Source of the DNA: Macrostomum hystrix
Lineage: Eukaryota; Animalia; Platyhelminthes
Reading direction: 5' to 3'
DNA: 64,000 nucleotides
Assembly (NCBI GenBank): GCA_950097015.1
Contig: CATNEN010000003.1
Location: 3,472,001-3,536,000, forward strand
Made by a program: the position numbers and the translations under genes
In this document: piece by piece, positions 49,052 through 62,948 of the stretch
Position numbering within the stretch: the stretch's first letter is position 1
Layout: every line of letters starts with the position of its first letter
The notes under the pieces: generated by a model
The model's input: the letters and a program-made list of their open reading frames with translations, nothing else
Database searches by the model: none
Told to the model about the DNA's origin: nothing

Positions 49052-52000
49052 ATGTCACTTGACGACATCATTGAGAAGCTGGGATCATTTGGTCGCTTTC
49101 AGAAGCTGCAATACCTCCTGGCCTGCTATGCATCAGTGTGCTGTGGTGAGAGCTGCGATTTTCATGAGATCTTAACTAACTGCTCTGTTTTGGTTGTGAT
49201 GTTTAGTTCTACTGGTGTGAGGTTTAGTATTACCGGTGTGAGGTTTAGTTCTAATGATGTGAGGTTTTAGCTCCAGTAGTGTGAGTTTCAGTTCGAGTAG
49301 TGTGAGGTTCAGCTCGAGTAGTGTGAGGTTCAGCTCGAGTAGTGTGAGGTTCAGCTCGAGTAGTGTGAGTTTCAGTTCGAGTAGTGTGAGGTTCAGCTCG
49401 AGTAGTGTGAGGTTTTAGCTCGAGTAGTGTGAGGTTTCAGCTTGACTAGTATGAGGTTTCAGCTTGACTAGTATGAGGTTTCAGCTTGACTAGTATGAGG
49501 TTTTAGCTCGAGTAGTGTGAGGTTTCAGCTTGACTAGTATGAGGTTTCAGCTTGACTAGTGTGAGGTTCTAGCTCGAGTAGTGTGAGGTTTTAGCTCGAG
49601 TAGTGTGAGGTTTCAGCTTGACTAGTATGAGGTTTCAGCTTGACTAGTGTGAGGTTCTAGCTCGAGTAGTGTGAGGTTTTAGCTCGAGTAGTGTGAGGTT
49701 TCAGCTAGACTAGTATGAGGTTTCAGCTTGACTAGTATGAGGTTTTAGCTCGAGTAGTGTGAGGTTTCAGCTTGACTAGTATGAGGTTTCAGCTTGACTA
49801 GTGTGAGGTTCTAGCTCGAGTAGTGTGAGGTTCTAGCTCGAGTAGTGTGAAGTTCTAACTCGAGTAGTGTGAGGTTTTAGCTCGAGTAGTGTGAGGTTCA
49901 GCACGAGTAGTGTGAGGTTTTAGCTCGAGTAGTGTGAGGTTCAGCTCGAGTAGTGTGAGGTTTTAGCTCGAGTAGTGTGAGGTTCAGCTCGAGTAGTGTG
50001 AGGTTTTAGCTCGAGTAGTGTGAGGTTCAGCTCGAGTAGTGTGAGGTTTTAGCTCGAGTAGTGTGAGGTTCAGCTCGACTAGTATGAGGTTCTAGCTCGA
50101 GTAGTGTGAGGTTCAGCTCGACTAGTATGAGGTTTTAGCTCGAGTAGTGTGAGGTTCAGCTCGAGTAGTGTGAGGTTCAGCTCGAGTAGTGTGAGTTTCA
50201 GTTCGAGTAGTGTGAGGTTCAGCTCGAGTAGTGTGAGGTTCTAGCTCGAGTAGTGTGAGGTTTTAGCTCGAGTAGTGTGAGGTTTCAGCTTGACTAGTAT
50301 GAGGTTTCAGCTTGACTAGTATGAGGTTTCAGCTTGACTAGTATGAGGTTTTAGCTCGAGTAGTGTGAGGTTTCAGCTTGACTAGTATGAGGTTTCAGCT
50401 TGACTAGTGTGAGGTTCTAGCTCGAGTAGTGTGAGGTTTTAGCTCGAGTAGTGTGAGGTTTCAGCTTGACTAGTATGAGGTTTCAGCTTGACTAGTGTGA
50501 GGTTCTAGCTCGAGTAGTGTGAGGTTTTAGCTCGAGTAGTGTGAGGTTTCAGCTTGACTAGTATGAGGTTTCAGCTTGACTAGTATGAGGTTTCAGCTTG
50601 ACTAGTATGAGGTTTTAGCTCGAGTAGTGTGAGGTTTCAGCTTGACTAGTATGAGGTTTCAGCTTGACTAGTGTGAGGTTCTAGCTCGAGTAGTGTGAGG
50701 TTCTAGCTCGAGTAGTGTGAAGTTCTAACTCGAGTAGTGTGAGGTTTTAGCTCGAGTAGTGTGAGGTTCAGCACGAGTAGTGTGAGGTTTTAGCTCGAGT
50801 AGTGTGAGGTTCAGCTCGAGTAGTGTGAGGTTTTAGCTCGAGTAGTGTGAGGTTCAGCTCGAGTAGTGTGAGGTTTTAGCTCGAGTAGTGTGAGGTTCAG
50901 CTCGAGTAGTGTGAGGTTTTAGCTCGAGTAGTGTGAGGTTCAGCTCGACTAGTATGAGGTTCTAGCTCGAGTAGTGTGAGGTTCAGCTCGACTAGTATGA
51001 GGTTTTAGCTCGAGTAGTGTGAGGTTCAGCTCGAGTAGTGTGAGGTTTTAGCTCGAGTAGTGTGAGGTTCAGCTCGACTAGTATGAGGTTCTAGCTCGAG
51101 TAGTGTGAGGTTTTAGCTCGAGTAGTGTGAGGTTTCAGCTCGAGTAGTGTAGAGATTATAGGAGTTTTGATTCAATTCCTTTCAGTTAGATTTTTTTAAG
51201 TTTCAACCATGCTTGTATCTCTTTAAAGCTCGCAATCTATGATTTAAAACACAAGGTGCGGGAACAATTATTCTGGTTTACATTCTGAATGTACCCAGCC
51301 ATCGCTGCCGGGTGCCTAGCCTGGGCTCCAGCGATCACTGGGGCGTCAACGCTAGCCTGATTGAGTCGGCTGTGCCACCCAGCGAAAGCAACTGTCGCAA
51401 CACCGGCTCGCTGAAATGCTTTCATTCTTGCCGTCTCTACGGCAAATTGAATGGCACAGCCAATGAAAACTTCACAACTGCCTGCACTGATGGATTTGTG
51501 TTCGACAAAGCTGAGTTCGTTGACACCTTCGCCACGGAGGTGAGTGTAACGGGCTGTGTACAGTTCCACAGCTGATAACGATGGTCAGTTAACTGAGAAC
51601 CAATACCCAGTACCAATCTTCAGAAGAACCAATGTTCAGTTGAGTACCAATGTTCAGCAGAGTACCAATGTTCAGTAGAGTACCAATGTTCAGCAGAGTA
51701 GCAATGTTCAGTAGACTAGCAATGTCCAGTAGAGCACGAATAGTACTAATCAATTCCTCCATCGGCATTCTCAGCTAGACCTGGTCTGTGACACTGGCAA
51801 GGAGGTTCTGGTCGCCTCGCTGATGCAGAGTCAGCTACTCGGCTTCTTGGTCGGCTCATTTCTATCTGGAATTCTTTCCGATCGGTAAAGTTGGCGCCTT
51901 TTTCTGTGATTCTGACATCTAGTTTAAAACGACTTGACAGGTCAGCTCTGACGAAATTTCTTTGATAGGTTTGGCAGAAAGCCCATATTGATTGGCTCTA

Positions 52001-55000
52001 TGCTTCTCATGGGCGTGTCGGGAATGGCAACTAGCCTGTGCTCGGATCCCTACTCATTCTGGCTGATGCGATTTCTGACTGGAACAACCGGCATGAGTGC
52101 CTTCTCAACTGGATTCGTTCTGGGTGAGAGCAGAACTATGCCTGTGTGTTATTCTGAAATAATGTGTTGTTAAAGATAGTGCAGGCTTATCAAAGGAGTC
52201 AGAAAGATAAGTGATTTAGAGATAGTGGCGGCACATCAAAGGATTTAGAAATAGTGGCGGCACATCAAAGGATTTAGAAATAGTGGCGGCACATCAAAGG
52301 ATTGATAGATAGTGGCGGCACACCAAAGTAAAAAGGCGGCTTATAAAGTTCTCGATTAAATTGAAATACCTATTGAAATTAAATTTTTCTTTGATTTGCG
52401 TTTAGTGCGTAATTAATTAAACACTATATAGGCATTGAGCTCATTGGCAAGCAAGCGCGAGTACACGCCGGTATAGTAATTGAGTATGCGTACGCTGTTG
52501 GCCTAATAATTGTTGTTTTCGTCGCCTATCTGCTGCGCTATTGGCGCTGGTTAAATCTTGCCGTCAGCGTACTACCGCTATTTTCTATTCCGTTTATTTG
52601 GTAAGAGTTTAACAGCGGTGACTAGACGTAATAGACGGTAGAGACCGTGAGGTGGTGTCTGGAGGGATAGAGTGAGGTGGCTGACTGGAGGGATAGAGAG
52701 TGAGGTGGCTGACTGGAGGGATAGAGAGGGAGGTGGCTGACTGGAGGGATAGAGAGTGAGGTGGCTGACTGGAGGGATAGAGAGTGAGGTGGCTGACTGG
52801 AGGGATAGAGTGAGGTGGCTGACTGGAGGGATAGAGAGTGAGGTGGCTGACTGGAGGGATAGAGAGTGAGGTGGCTGACTGGAGGGATAGAGAGTGAGGT
52901 GGCTGACTGGAGGGATAGAGAGTGAGGTGGCTGACTGGAGGGATAGAGAGTGAGGTGGCTGACTGGAGGGATAGAGAGTGAGGTCGCTGACTAGAGGTGG
53001 GCGATCTATCCCTGGAACGATAGGGAGGAACAAGGCGCGAGGTGGATGCCTGGGGGCATTAACAGGGCAGAATAAAACAGAACAAAACATTTTGATTTGC
53101 TGATATAAACTGCTAATCTGTTTGAATCTGCGTCAAGGTTGATGGAGGAGTCCACTCGTTGGCTCATTTCAAAGAACCGCTTAGTCCAAGCGGAGGCCAT
53201 TGTTCGCAAGGCGGCTGTTGCCAACGGGGTGGAATTGCCCGACGAGCTGCAGCTGCGTCAGACGACGGATGACGACAAGTCAAGTTTGAGGACCGAGAAC
53301 GACAGTTTTTTGAAAGTTTTTAAAAATATGCACACAGCATTGATGACTATCAATGTGTTCTGGCAATGGTAAAATTGAAATTCGCTTTGTTGGTACATTA
53401 TGTTTTCATAAACAGCAGAAACTATTCTCAGCTTTATTAACGTGGATTTCTTAATTGACTAGAACTTCTCAGCAAAATATGATTCTTTCTGAATTTCGAT
53501 TTCCCAGCTCATATTTCCGTACCTAGTTGGATTTCCCTATTAAAATGGGATTTCCCTGCGAAAATGGGATTTCCCTACCAAATGGGATTTCCCTACTGAA
53601 ATGGGATTTTATTTACAACTGGGACTTCCGTCTAAGCTTGGTTATCCTACCAGCTTATTTCCTAACAGTTTTCCAAAGATTGCTTGATCGAAAATGAATT
53701 AATTTTTCAAACTGGGTTTCCAATATCAAACCGCGACATCGGTATTAAATAGGGTTTTCCTTATTTAAACAAGAGTTTCCCGTCACATCGGGAATTCCTT
53801 ATCAAACAGGGATTTCCTTATTCAAACAGGAATTTTCCTATCACATCGGGATTTCCCCTTTCCCATCGGGATTTCCTTTCTCAAATTGGGTCTTCCTTAT
53901 TAAACAGGGATTTCCTTATCAAACAGGGATTTCCTTATCAAACAGGGATTTCCTTATCAACCAGCGATTTCCTTATCAAACAGCGGTTTCCTTATCAAAA
54001 AGGGGTTTCCTTATCAAACTGGGATTTGCCCAATCACATCAGGATGTTTTTAGCACACAAGGATTTCCCCTTTCCCATCGGGATTTCCTTTCTCGAATCG
54101 GGACTACCTTATTAAAGAGGGATTTCCTTATTCAAACAGGAATTTTCCTATCACATCGGGATTTCCCCTTTCCCATCGGGATTTCCTTTCTCAAATTGGG
54201 TCTTCCTTATCAACCAGGGATTTCCTTATCAACCAGGGATTTCCTTATCAACCAGGGATTTCCTTATCAACCAGGGATTTCCTTATCAACCAGGGATTTC
54301 CTTATCAACCAGGGATTTCCTTATCAACCAGGGATTTCCTTATCAACCAGCGATTTCCTTATTCAAACAGGAATTTTCCTATCACATCGGGATTTCCCCT
54401 TTCCCATCGGGATTTCCTTTCTCAAATTGGGTCTTCCTTATCAACCAGGGATTTCCTTATCAACCAGGGATTTCCTTATCAACCAGGGATTTCCTTATCA
54501 ACCAGGGATTTCCTTATCAACCAGGGATTTCCTTATCAACCAGGGATTTCCTTATCAACCAGGGATTTCCTTATCAACCAGGGATTTCCTTATCAACCAG
54601 GGATTTCCTTATCAACCAGGGATTTCCTTATCAACCAGGGATTTCCTTATCAACCAGGGATTTCCTTATCAACCAGGGATTTCCTTATCAACCAGGGATT
54701 TCCTTATCAACCAGGGATTTCCTTATCAACCAGGGATTTCCTTATCAACCAGGGATTTCCTTATCAACCAGGGATTTCCTTATCAAGCAATTATTCATTA
54801 TACATCTGAAAAACTTAGGTGGGTCGTAGCTCTAATCTACTACGGACTGAGCCTTGGACCAGCCAACCTACCCGGCGACATTTATCTGACGTCGTTTCTG
54901 AACGCCGTCGCTGAAATGATTGGCTACGCGGTCCCTCACCTTCTGGCTGGCCGACTGGGTCGACGACCAACCCACGCTGGCGGCATGTTCCTGGCCGCTG

Positions 55001-56478
55001 TGGCCCTGGGCAGCACCTTCTTTGTTGAACTAATCGGATCGACTGTTGGCCTAGACTGGCTGCACATTACTCTGGCTATGTTAGGGAAGATTGGAATCAC
55101 AACAGCTTTTGGCACCATTTTCCTGTGGACAGCTGAGATGTTTCATACCGGTGTTAGGCAGACCGCGGTCGGCTGTTCTAGCACATCGGCTAGGGTTGGC
55201 ACATTGCTGGCTCCTTTCATGGCTGATATGGTGAGAATTTGACATTGTGTCTAACATGCTTCTGCTTCGGTGTTATGTGCATCTAGAGAGTTCATAGGTC
55301 AGGAGTTCGAATCTCAGTCCTGAAAATATTTTGAAAGAATAACAGGTTTTGCTTCAATTCTATAGGTGTCTAACAGGTTTGATTTGATGGGTGTCTAACA
55401 GGTTTGATTCTATGGGTGTCTAACAGGTTTGATTCTATGGGTGTCTAACAGGTTTGATTCTATGTGTGTCTAACAGGTTCGATTCTATGTGTGTCTAACA
55501 GGTTTGATTCTATGGGTGTCTAACAGGTTTGATTCTATGGGTGTCTAACAGGTTCGATTCTATGTGTGTCTAACAGGTTTGATTTGATTGGTGTCAAACA
55601 GGTTTGATTCTATGGGTGTCTAACAGGTTCGATTCTATGTGTGTCTAACAGGTTCGATTCTATGTGTGTCTAACAGGTTCGATTTGAAGAATGTCTAATA
55701 GGTTCGATTCTATGGGTGTCTAACAGGTTCAATTCTATGTGTGTCTAAATCTAACAGGTTAGATTCTATGGGTGTCTAACAGGTTTGATTCTCTGGGTGT
55801 CTAACAAGTTCGATTTCATTGGTGTCTGACAGGTTAGGGTTAAATTTAGGATTAGGATTAAATTGTGGTGTCTAAAATGTTGGGAAAAAAAGTCAAAAAT
55901 GTTTCTACTGCTTTCTAGTAGAAAGCTTATAATTTAATAATTCTTTTTTCCAAGCGCAAATTTATCCCAAGTTCGTTCGGAGCCACCCTGCCAATGGCCA
56001 TCTTCGGTTGCTTGTCACTCCTTACTGGATTTGCCTCACTGTTGCTACCGGAAACACTGGGCACTGAACTGCCGCAAACTTTGGAAGACTGCCGTAGACT
56101 GGCCTGCTGGAGAAGGTTGGAATTAATATTATACACTTCTACATTATCCCATCCATTTCTATCCCGTCCATTTCTATCCCATCCATTGCTGTCCATCCAT
56201 TGCTATCCCATCCATTTCTATCCCATCCATTTCTATCCCATCCATTGCTATCCCATCTATTTCTATCCCATCTATTTCTATCCCATCCATTTCTATCCCA
56301 AACTTTTCTATCCCATCTATTTCTATCCCATCCAATTCTATCCCATCCTCTCTCTACTTTCCATCCCATACAAAGCATTCTCCCAAACTCACAAAAATTA
56401 TTCAGGAAATCAGGATTTATTCAGCCGCAAACTCAGGGTCACGGAGGCTACTCAACAGCTCAGACGGACTCAATCTAG
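49052..56478 (+). CDS. SLC22-family organic cation/anion MFS transporter; exons 49052-49145, 51256-51539, 51775-51884, 51969-52123, 52432-52600, 53138-53368, 54819-55230, 55955-56115, 56406(or 56376)-56478
   Basis: MSLDDIIEKLGSFGRFQ, PSHRC, TFATE|LDLVC, LSDRFGRKP, EESTRWL, IYYGLSL, GRLGRR, TAEMFHTGVRQTAVG, LLPET; phase-consistent junctions. The last exon acceptor is uncertain. Confidence 0.9.
49200..51150. repeat. 20-21-bp satellite (agctcgagtagtgtgaggtt[c/tt], variant agcttgactagtatgaggtttc) with a higher-order duplication of about 850 bp
   Basis: Rare variants gagtttcagttcga and gaagttctaactcga each recur about 830-870 bp apart. Confidence 0.95.
52650..52995. repeat. 28-bp minisatellite (gagggatagagagtgaggtggctgactg)
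   Basis: About 12 units in an SLC22 intron. Confidence 0.95.
53530..54787. repeat. 19-bp minisatellite (ccagggatttccttatcaa) with degenerate 5' part
   Basis: Direct tandem array ending about 30 bp before the exon 7 acceptor. Confidence 0.95.
55355..55830. repeat. About 25-bp minisatellite (gtgtctaacaggtt[t/c]gattctatg[g/t])
   Basis: Direct tandem array. Confidence 0.9.
56145..56370. repeat. 15-bp minisatellite (atccatttctatccc)
   Basis: Direct tandem array in the last SLC22 intron. Confidence 0.9.
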
Positions 56479-56602
56479 AGCCATCTCCAATGTCAGTCGT
56501 GTGGCATTTTAATGAAAAATTTAAATCAGGACAAAAGATAAAAATTTATAAACTAAAAACTTATCCTGGCTACTACTTTTAAAGTACTTAGAACTTAGTT
56601 CA

Positions 56603-56885
56603 ATGTTGTTTTAGCATAGTGGTTAGAGTATCGGACTAACCAATAGAAGGTCAGGGGTTCGTTTCCCGACTTTAATGGAACAGTTTATATCAATTAATTA
56701 TAAACTAATATCTGCATTGCTTCAGTTCACCCAGCTGTTAAATTGGTAAAAGCATCAGCCTGGGTAATTGAAGGTGGGTGTGGCGTCCCCCCCAGTCCAT
56801 GGACTGAACAGCCGTACGCAGCCTTCAGATGCTGTGCTGTCGCTGTCGGCTGCACATCTGGCTTAATTGGAGCAAGTTTAATCAA
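56603..56885 (+). mobile_element. tRNA-derived SINE copy (duplicated at 58177-58459)
   Basis: tagcatagtggttagag (A box), ggggttcgtttccc (B box), tgcattgcttcagttcacccagctgttaaattgg. Confidence 0.85.
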
Positions 56886-57459
56886 AATTTCTTGTTATGA
56901 TTATCAAGTACTTATTGCAGCAGAATAAATTATGGATGATTGTTGCGTTTTAGTATTATACAAAAATACAAAGTTTCATGGTAATAGTCATAGCTTCGTA
57001 GCTCGTAAAATAGTAGCTCTCTCGTCTAATAGCTATTGTTGTTACAGAAGTTTTCTGCTTCAATTTTACCATTTTTCCCGTTCAGTCTTACTGTTTCAAA
57101 TTTTGCGTTTCGAGTCAGAAAATTATTTGAACAGATTTTTGTATAGAGGAAGAGACATTTCTCAGAGTGAAAGGAGAGTGACATTGACAAAAGAGTGCCA
57201 TTGATAAGAGAGTGACATTGATAAGAGAGTGAAATTGATAAGAGAGTGAAATTGATAAGAGAGTGAAATTGATAAGAGAGTGAAATTGATAAGAGAGTGA
57301 AATTGATAAGAGAGTGAAATTGATAAGAGAGTGCCATTGATAAGAGAGTGACATTGCTAAAAGAGTGCCATTGATAAGAGAGTGACATTGCTAAAAGAGT
57401 GCCATTGATAAGAGAGTGACATTGACAAAAGAGTGACATTGACAAAATGTCAAAATGTC

Positions 57460-60400
57460 AATCTCTCCCAATCTCCTCTCTCTCCAAATCTCCCCTCTCT
57501 CCCAATCTCCCCTCTCTCCCAATCTCCTCTCTCTCCAAATCTCCCCTCTCTCCCAATCTCCTCTCTCTTCTAATCTCCCCTCTCTCCCAATCTCCCCTCT
57601 TTCCCAATCTCCTCTCTCTCCAAATCTCCTCTCTCTCCCAATCTCCTCTCTCTCCCAATCTCCCCTCTTTCCCAATCTCCTCTCTCTCCAAATCTCCTCT
57701 CTCTCCAAATCTCCTCTCTCTCCCAATCTCCCCTCTCTCCCAATCTCCTCTCTCTCCAAATCTCCTCTCTCTCCCAATCTCCCCTCTCTCCCAATCTCCT
57801 CTCTCCCAATCTCCCCTCTCTCCCAATCTCCTCTCTCTCCCAATCTCCTCTCTCTCCCAATCTCCTCTCTCTCCTAATCTCCCCTCTTTCCCAATCTCCT
57901 CTCTCTCCAAAGCTTCTCTCTCTCCAAATCTCCTCTCTCTCCCAATCCCCTCTCTCTCCCAATCTCCTCTCTCTCCCAATCTCCTCTCTCTCCAAAGCTC
58001 CTCTCTCTCCCAATCTCCCCTTTCTCCCAATCTCCCCTTTCTCCCAATCTCCCCTCTCTCCCAATCTCCTCTCTGTCCCAATCCCCTCTCTCTCCCAATC
58101 TCCTCTGTCTCCCAATCTCCTCTCTCTCCCAATCTCCTCTCTCTCCAAAGCTCCTCTCTCTCCAAAACTTAGTTCAATGTTGTTTTAGCATAGTGGTTAG
58201 AGTATCGGACTAACCAATAGAAGGTCAGGGGTTCGTTTCCCGACTTTAATGGAACAGTTTATATCAATTAATTATAAACTAATATCTGCATTGCTTCAGT
58301 TCACCCAGCTGTTAAATTGGTAAAAGCATCAGCCTGGGTAATTGAAGGTGGGTGTGGCGTCCCCCCCAGTCCATGGACTGAACAGCCGTACGCAGCCTTC
58401 AGATGCTGTGCTGTCGCTGTCGGCTGCACATCTGGCTTAATTGGAGCAAGTTTAATCAAAATTTCTTGTTATGATTATCAAGTACTTATTGCAGCAGAAT
58501 AAATTATGGATGATTGTTGCGTTTTAGTATTATACAAAAATACAAAGTTTCATGGTAATAGTCATAGCTTCGTAGCTCGTAAAATAGTAGCTCTCTCGTC
58601 TAATAGCTATTGTTGTTACAGAAGTTTTCTGCTTCAATTTTACCATTTTTCCCGTTCAGTCTTACTGTTTCAAATTTTGCGTTTCGAGTCAGAAAATTAT
58701 TTGAACAGATTTTTGTATAGAGGAAGAGACATTTCTCAGAGTGAAAGGAGAGTGACATTGACAAAAGAGTGCCATTGATAAGAGAGTGACATTGATAAGA
58801 GAGTGAAATTGATAAGAGAGTGAAATTGATAAGAGAGTGAAATTGATAAGAGAGTGAAATTGATAAGAGAGTGAAATTGATAAGAGAGTGAAATTGATAA
58901 GAGAGTGCCATTGATAAGAGAGTGACATTGCTAAAAGAGTGCCATTGATAAGAGAGTGACATTGATAAGAGAGTGACATTGACAAAAGAGTGACATTGAC
59001 AAAAGAGTGACACTGACAAGAGTGACATTGATTAGAGAGTGACATTGACAAAAGAGTGACATTGACAAAAGAGTGACATTGACAAAAGAGTGACATTGAC
59101 AAAAGAGTGACATTGACAAAAGAGTGACATTGACAAAAGAGTGACATTGACAAAAGAGTGACATTGATAAGAGAGTGACATTGATAAGAGAGTGACATTG
59201 ATACGAGAGTGACATTGATAAGATAGTGACATTGATTAGAGAGTGACATTGACAAAAGAGTGAAATTTATGAAAATTAAACAGATAAATGATAAACAGAT
59301 TGTGATACCGGTGTGATTGATTGTGATACCGGTGTGATTGATTGTGATACCGGTGTGATTGATTGTGATACCGGTGTGATTGATTGTGATTCTGGTGTGA
59401 TTGATTGTAATACCGGTATGATTGATTGTGATACCGGTGTGATTGATTGTGATACCGGTGTGATTGATTGTGATTCTGGTGTGATTAATTGTGATTCTGG
59501 TGTGATTGATTGTGATACTGGTGTGATTGATTGTGATTCTGGTGTGATTGATTGTGATACTGGTGTGATTGATTGTGATACCGGTGTGATTGATTGTGAT
59601 ACCGGTGTGATTGATTGTGATTCTGGTGTCATTGATTGTGATTCTGGTGTGATTGATTTTGATTAGTTGTAATACTGGCGTGTGCTGTGGTTTATAGTAT
59701 TACAGGTGTTGACATCTGTCTCCCAATCTCCCGTGTCTCCCAATCTCCCGTGTCTCCCAATCTCCCCTCTTTCCCAATCTCCTCTCTCTCCCAATCTCCT
59801 CTCTCTTCTAATCTCCCCTCTTTCCCAATCTCCCGTCTCTCCTAATCTCCTCTCTCTTCTAATCTCCCTTCTTTCCCAATCTCCTCTCTCCCAATCTCCC
59901 CTCTCTCCCAATCTCCCCTCTCTCCCAATCTCCCCTCTCTCCCAATCTCCTCTCTCTCCAAATCTCCCCTCTCTCCCAATCTCCTCTCTCTCCCAATCTC
60001 CTCTCCCTCCCAATCTCCTCTCTCTCCTAATCTCCCCTCTTTCCCAAACTCCTCTCTCTCCCAATCTCGCCTCTTTCCCAATCTCCTTTCTCTCCCAATC
60101 TCCTCTCTCTTCTAATCTTATCTCTCTCCCAATCTCGACTCTCTCCCAATCTCCTTTCTCTCCCAATCTCCTCTTTCTCCAAATCTCCTCTCTCTCCAAA
60201 TCTCCTCTCTCTCCCAATCTCCCCTCTCTCCCAATCTCCTCTCTCTCCAAATCTCCTCTCTCTCCAAATCTCCTCTCTCTCCAAATCTCCTCTCTCTCCC
60301 AATCTCCCCTCTCTCCCAATCTCCTCTCTCTCCAAATCTCCTCTCTCTCCCAATCTCCCCTCTCTCCCAATCTCCTCTCTCCCAATCTCCCCTCTCTCCC

Positions 60401-61230
60401 AATCTCCTTTCTCTCCCAATCTCCTCTCTTTCCCAATCTCCCCTCTCTCCCAATCTCCTCTCTCCCAATCTCCCCTCTCTCCCAATCTCCTCTCTCTCCA
60501 AATCTCCCCTCTCTCCCAATCTCCTCTCTCTTCTAATCTCCCCTCTCTCCCAATCTCCCCTCTTTCCCAATCTCCTCTCTCTCCAAATCTCCTCTCTCTC
60601 CCAATCTCCTCTCTCTCCCAATCTCCCCTCTTTCCCAATCTCCTCTCTCTCCAAATCTCCTCTCTCTCCCAATCCCCTCTCTCTCCCAATCTCCCCTCTC
60701 TCCCAATCTCCTCTCTCTCCAAATCTCCTCTCTCTCCCAATCTCCCCTCTCTCCCAATCTCCTCTCTCCCAATCTCCCCTCTCTCCCAATCTCCTCTCTC
60801 TCCCAATCTCCTCTCTCTCCCAATCTCCTCTCTCTCCTAATCTCCCCTCTTTCCCAATCTCCTCTCTCTCCAAAGCTTCTCTCTCTCCAAATCTCCTCTC
60901 TCTCCCAATCCCCTCTCTCTCCCAATCTCCTCTCTCTCCCAATCTCCTCTCTCTCCAAAGCTCCTCTCTCTCCCAATCTCCCCTTTCTCCCAATCTCCCC
61001 TTTCTCCCAATCTCCCCTCTCTCCCAATCTCCTCTCTGTCCCAATCCCCTCTCTCTCCCAATCTCCTCTGTCTCCCAATCTCCTCTCTCTCCCAATCTCC
61101 TCTCTCTCCAAAGCTCCTCTCTCTCCAAATCTCCTCTCTCTCCAAAGCTCCTCTCTCTCCAAATCTCCTCTCTCTCCCAATCTCCCCTCTCTCCCAATCC
61201 CCCGTCTCCCAATCTCCCCTTTCTCGCAAC
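57460..61230. repeat. Satellite complex: CT-rich 16-17-mer (cccaatctcctctctct; 57460-58165, 59715-61230), 17-mer gagtgacattgataaga (57175-57450, 58750-59265), 21-mer gattgattgtgataccggtgt (59295-59665)
   Basis: Direct tandem arrays. Confidence 0.95.
58166..58975 (+). repeat. Near-identical segmental duplicate of about 56592-57400 (offset 1574 bp)
   Basis: Identical ORF translations at 56743/58317 and 56932/58506. Confidence 0.92.
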
Positions 61231-61739
61231 TTTCCCAGATAAAAGTACTTTAATTTACATCCAGTCTACGCATTTTCGAAATCTATAGCCGCTCTCGGCA
61301 ATTTGTTCGACTCGCATTTTAAAAGCTCCAACGGAACTCACTGTGACGGCATACACACGACAAATTGCATGCGCGGATGTCAGCATTACGGCCTGAAATT
61401 CTATTTAAATAATTATTATTCGATCTACAAATGAGCTTTTTCACAGATTTGACTTAAAACTATGTTTATCTTAGGCAGCGAATAGTAAACATTGTGTTAA
61501 ACCCCGATATCCGTAACTGCTAGTGGAACTAACTTGCAAAATATACTCTCGTAAATCAAATGATATTGAAGCTGGAATCTATCTAAGTTTATCTTAGCTT
61601 ATTATTTTTTTAAGGATTACGCTTCTCATGGTACTTGTTAGTAGTGTTATTAAGTAGTTAGTTGAGGTCATAGTGCCTTGTTTAGCGACTGCGATGAAGC
61701 TAAATGTGATTTAAATACTGGGATACTGACTGCGGTTGT

Positions 61740-62430
61740 GATGCTGGTAAGTGGTGTGATATTCGTGTGATAATTATGTAATAGTTGTGGGATGATAGAG
61801 TTACATTGACGTGAGATTTGTGGGACATTTGTGTGATATTTTTGACATCGGTGTGATAATAGTGGGATAATGATGTGATACATGTGTGATATTGATGTGA
61901 CATTTGTGTTATAGTGGTCCGATATTTGAGTGATATTTGTGTGACATCGGTGTGATACTGGTGTGACATTGGTGTGATACTGGTGTGATATTTGTGTGAT
62001 ATAGGTGTGATATTGGTGTGATACTGGTGTGATATTTGTGGGATATAGGTGTGATATTTGTGTGATATTGGTGTGATATTTGTGGGATATAGGTGTGATA
62101 TTTGTGTGATACTGGTGTGATATTGGTGTGATACTGGTGTGATATTGGTGTGATACTGGTGTGATATTTGTGTGATACTGGTGTGATATTGGTGTGATAC
62201 TGGTGTGATATTGGTGTGATACTGGTGTGATACTGGTATGATATTTGTGTAATACTGGTGTGATATTGGTATGATACTGGTGTGATATTTGTGTGATATA
62301 GGTGTGATATTGGTGTGATACTGGTGTGATATTTGTGTAATACTGGTGTGATATTGGTATGATACTGGTGTGATATTGGTGTGATATAGGTGTGATATTG
62401 GTGTGATATAGGTGTGATATTTGTGTGATA
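61740..62430. repeat. 11-bp minisatellite (tggtgtgata[c/t])
   Basis: Direct tandem array, degenerate at the left. Confidence 0.9.
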
Positions 62431-62948
62431 GTGGCAGAGACTAGGTTTTTTAATATACGAGCGTTCATGTATGTCTCAGTAATGATAGTTTGCTGTGTTT
62501 TTTAATTCTGAAATTCCCGACCCTTATGAGTTTGAGCAACGGTTGGCCTGTTGTTGACTTTGGCTACCAGTTCAAAAATAGCAGGTTGGACTTTGCATGC
62601 TATTTTAAGTTACATTTTTAAATGAATCTTTTATATATGTCCAATGATAAGAAAGAGCAAAAAATTGCTTTACAGTGAAAGACACTAAATTTTGATGTGC
62701 TTTGATACCTTTCAGTGCTTTAGATTCAAATAGGTGTCCTTTGATTAAGATAAAGATAGAACTTTATCAATTTGTGAACTTTGGACTTTGAAGTGCAAAG
62801 AGATTTCTTATTAAAAATGAGCTAATGAAAGGCTTTGGGAAAATAACTGAATGATATCAGGTCACAAGCGATAAAAATGTGTTTGAAAGGCTAGAAAAGC
62901 AAAATATTTTTTAAAGGCTTGAATATTTCTATTGTCTAGCGTGGAGCG

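Noticed and set aside
54196-54818. N-terminal repeat part of the 348-aa ORF, and kappaB-like gggatttcc motifs in the array
   Set aside because: This is an intronic 19-bp satellite read through into SLC22 exon 7 (acceptor at 54818). There is no evidence the motif is functional.
57391-62468. Many long ORFs rich in ERGDW, SPLSP, HQYHT or VIDCD
   Set aside because: They are multi-frame, both-strand translations of stop-poor satellites.
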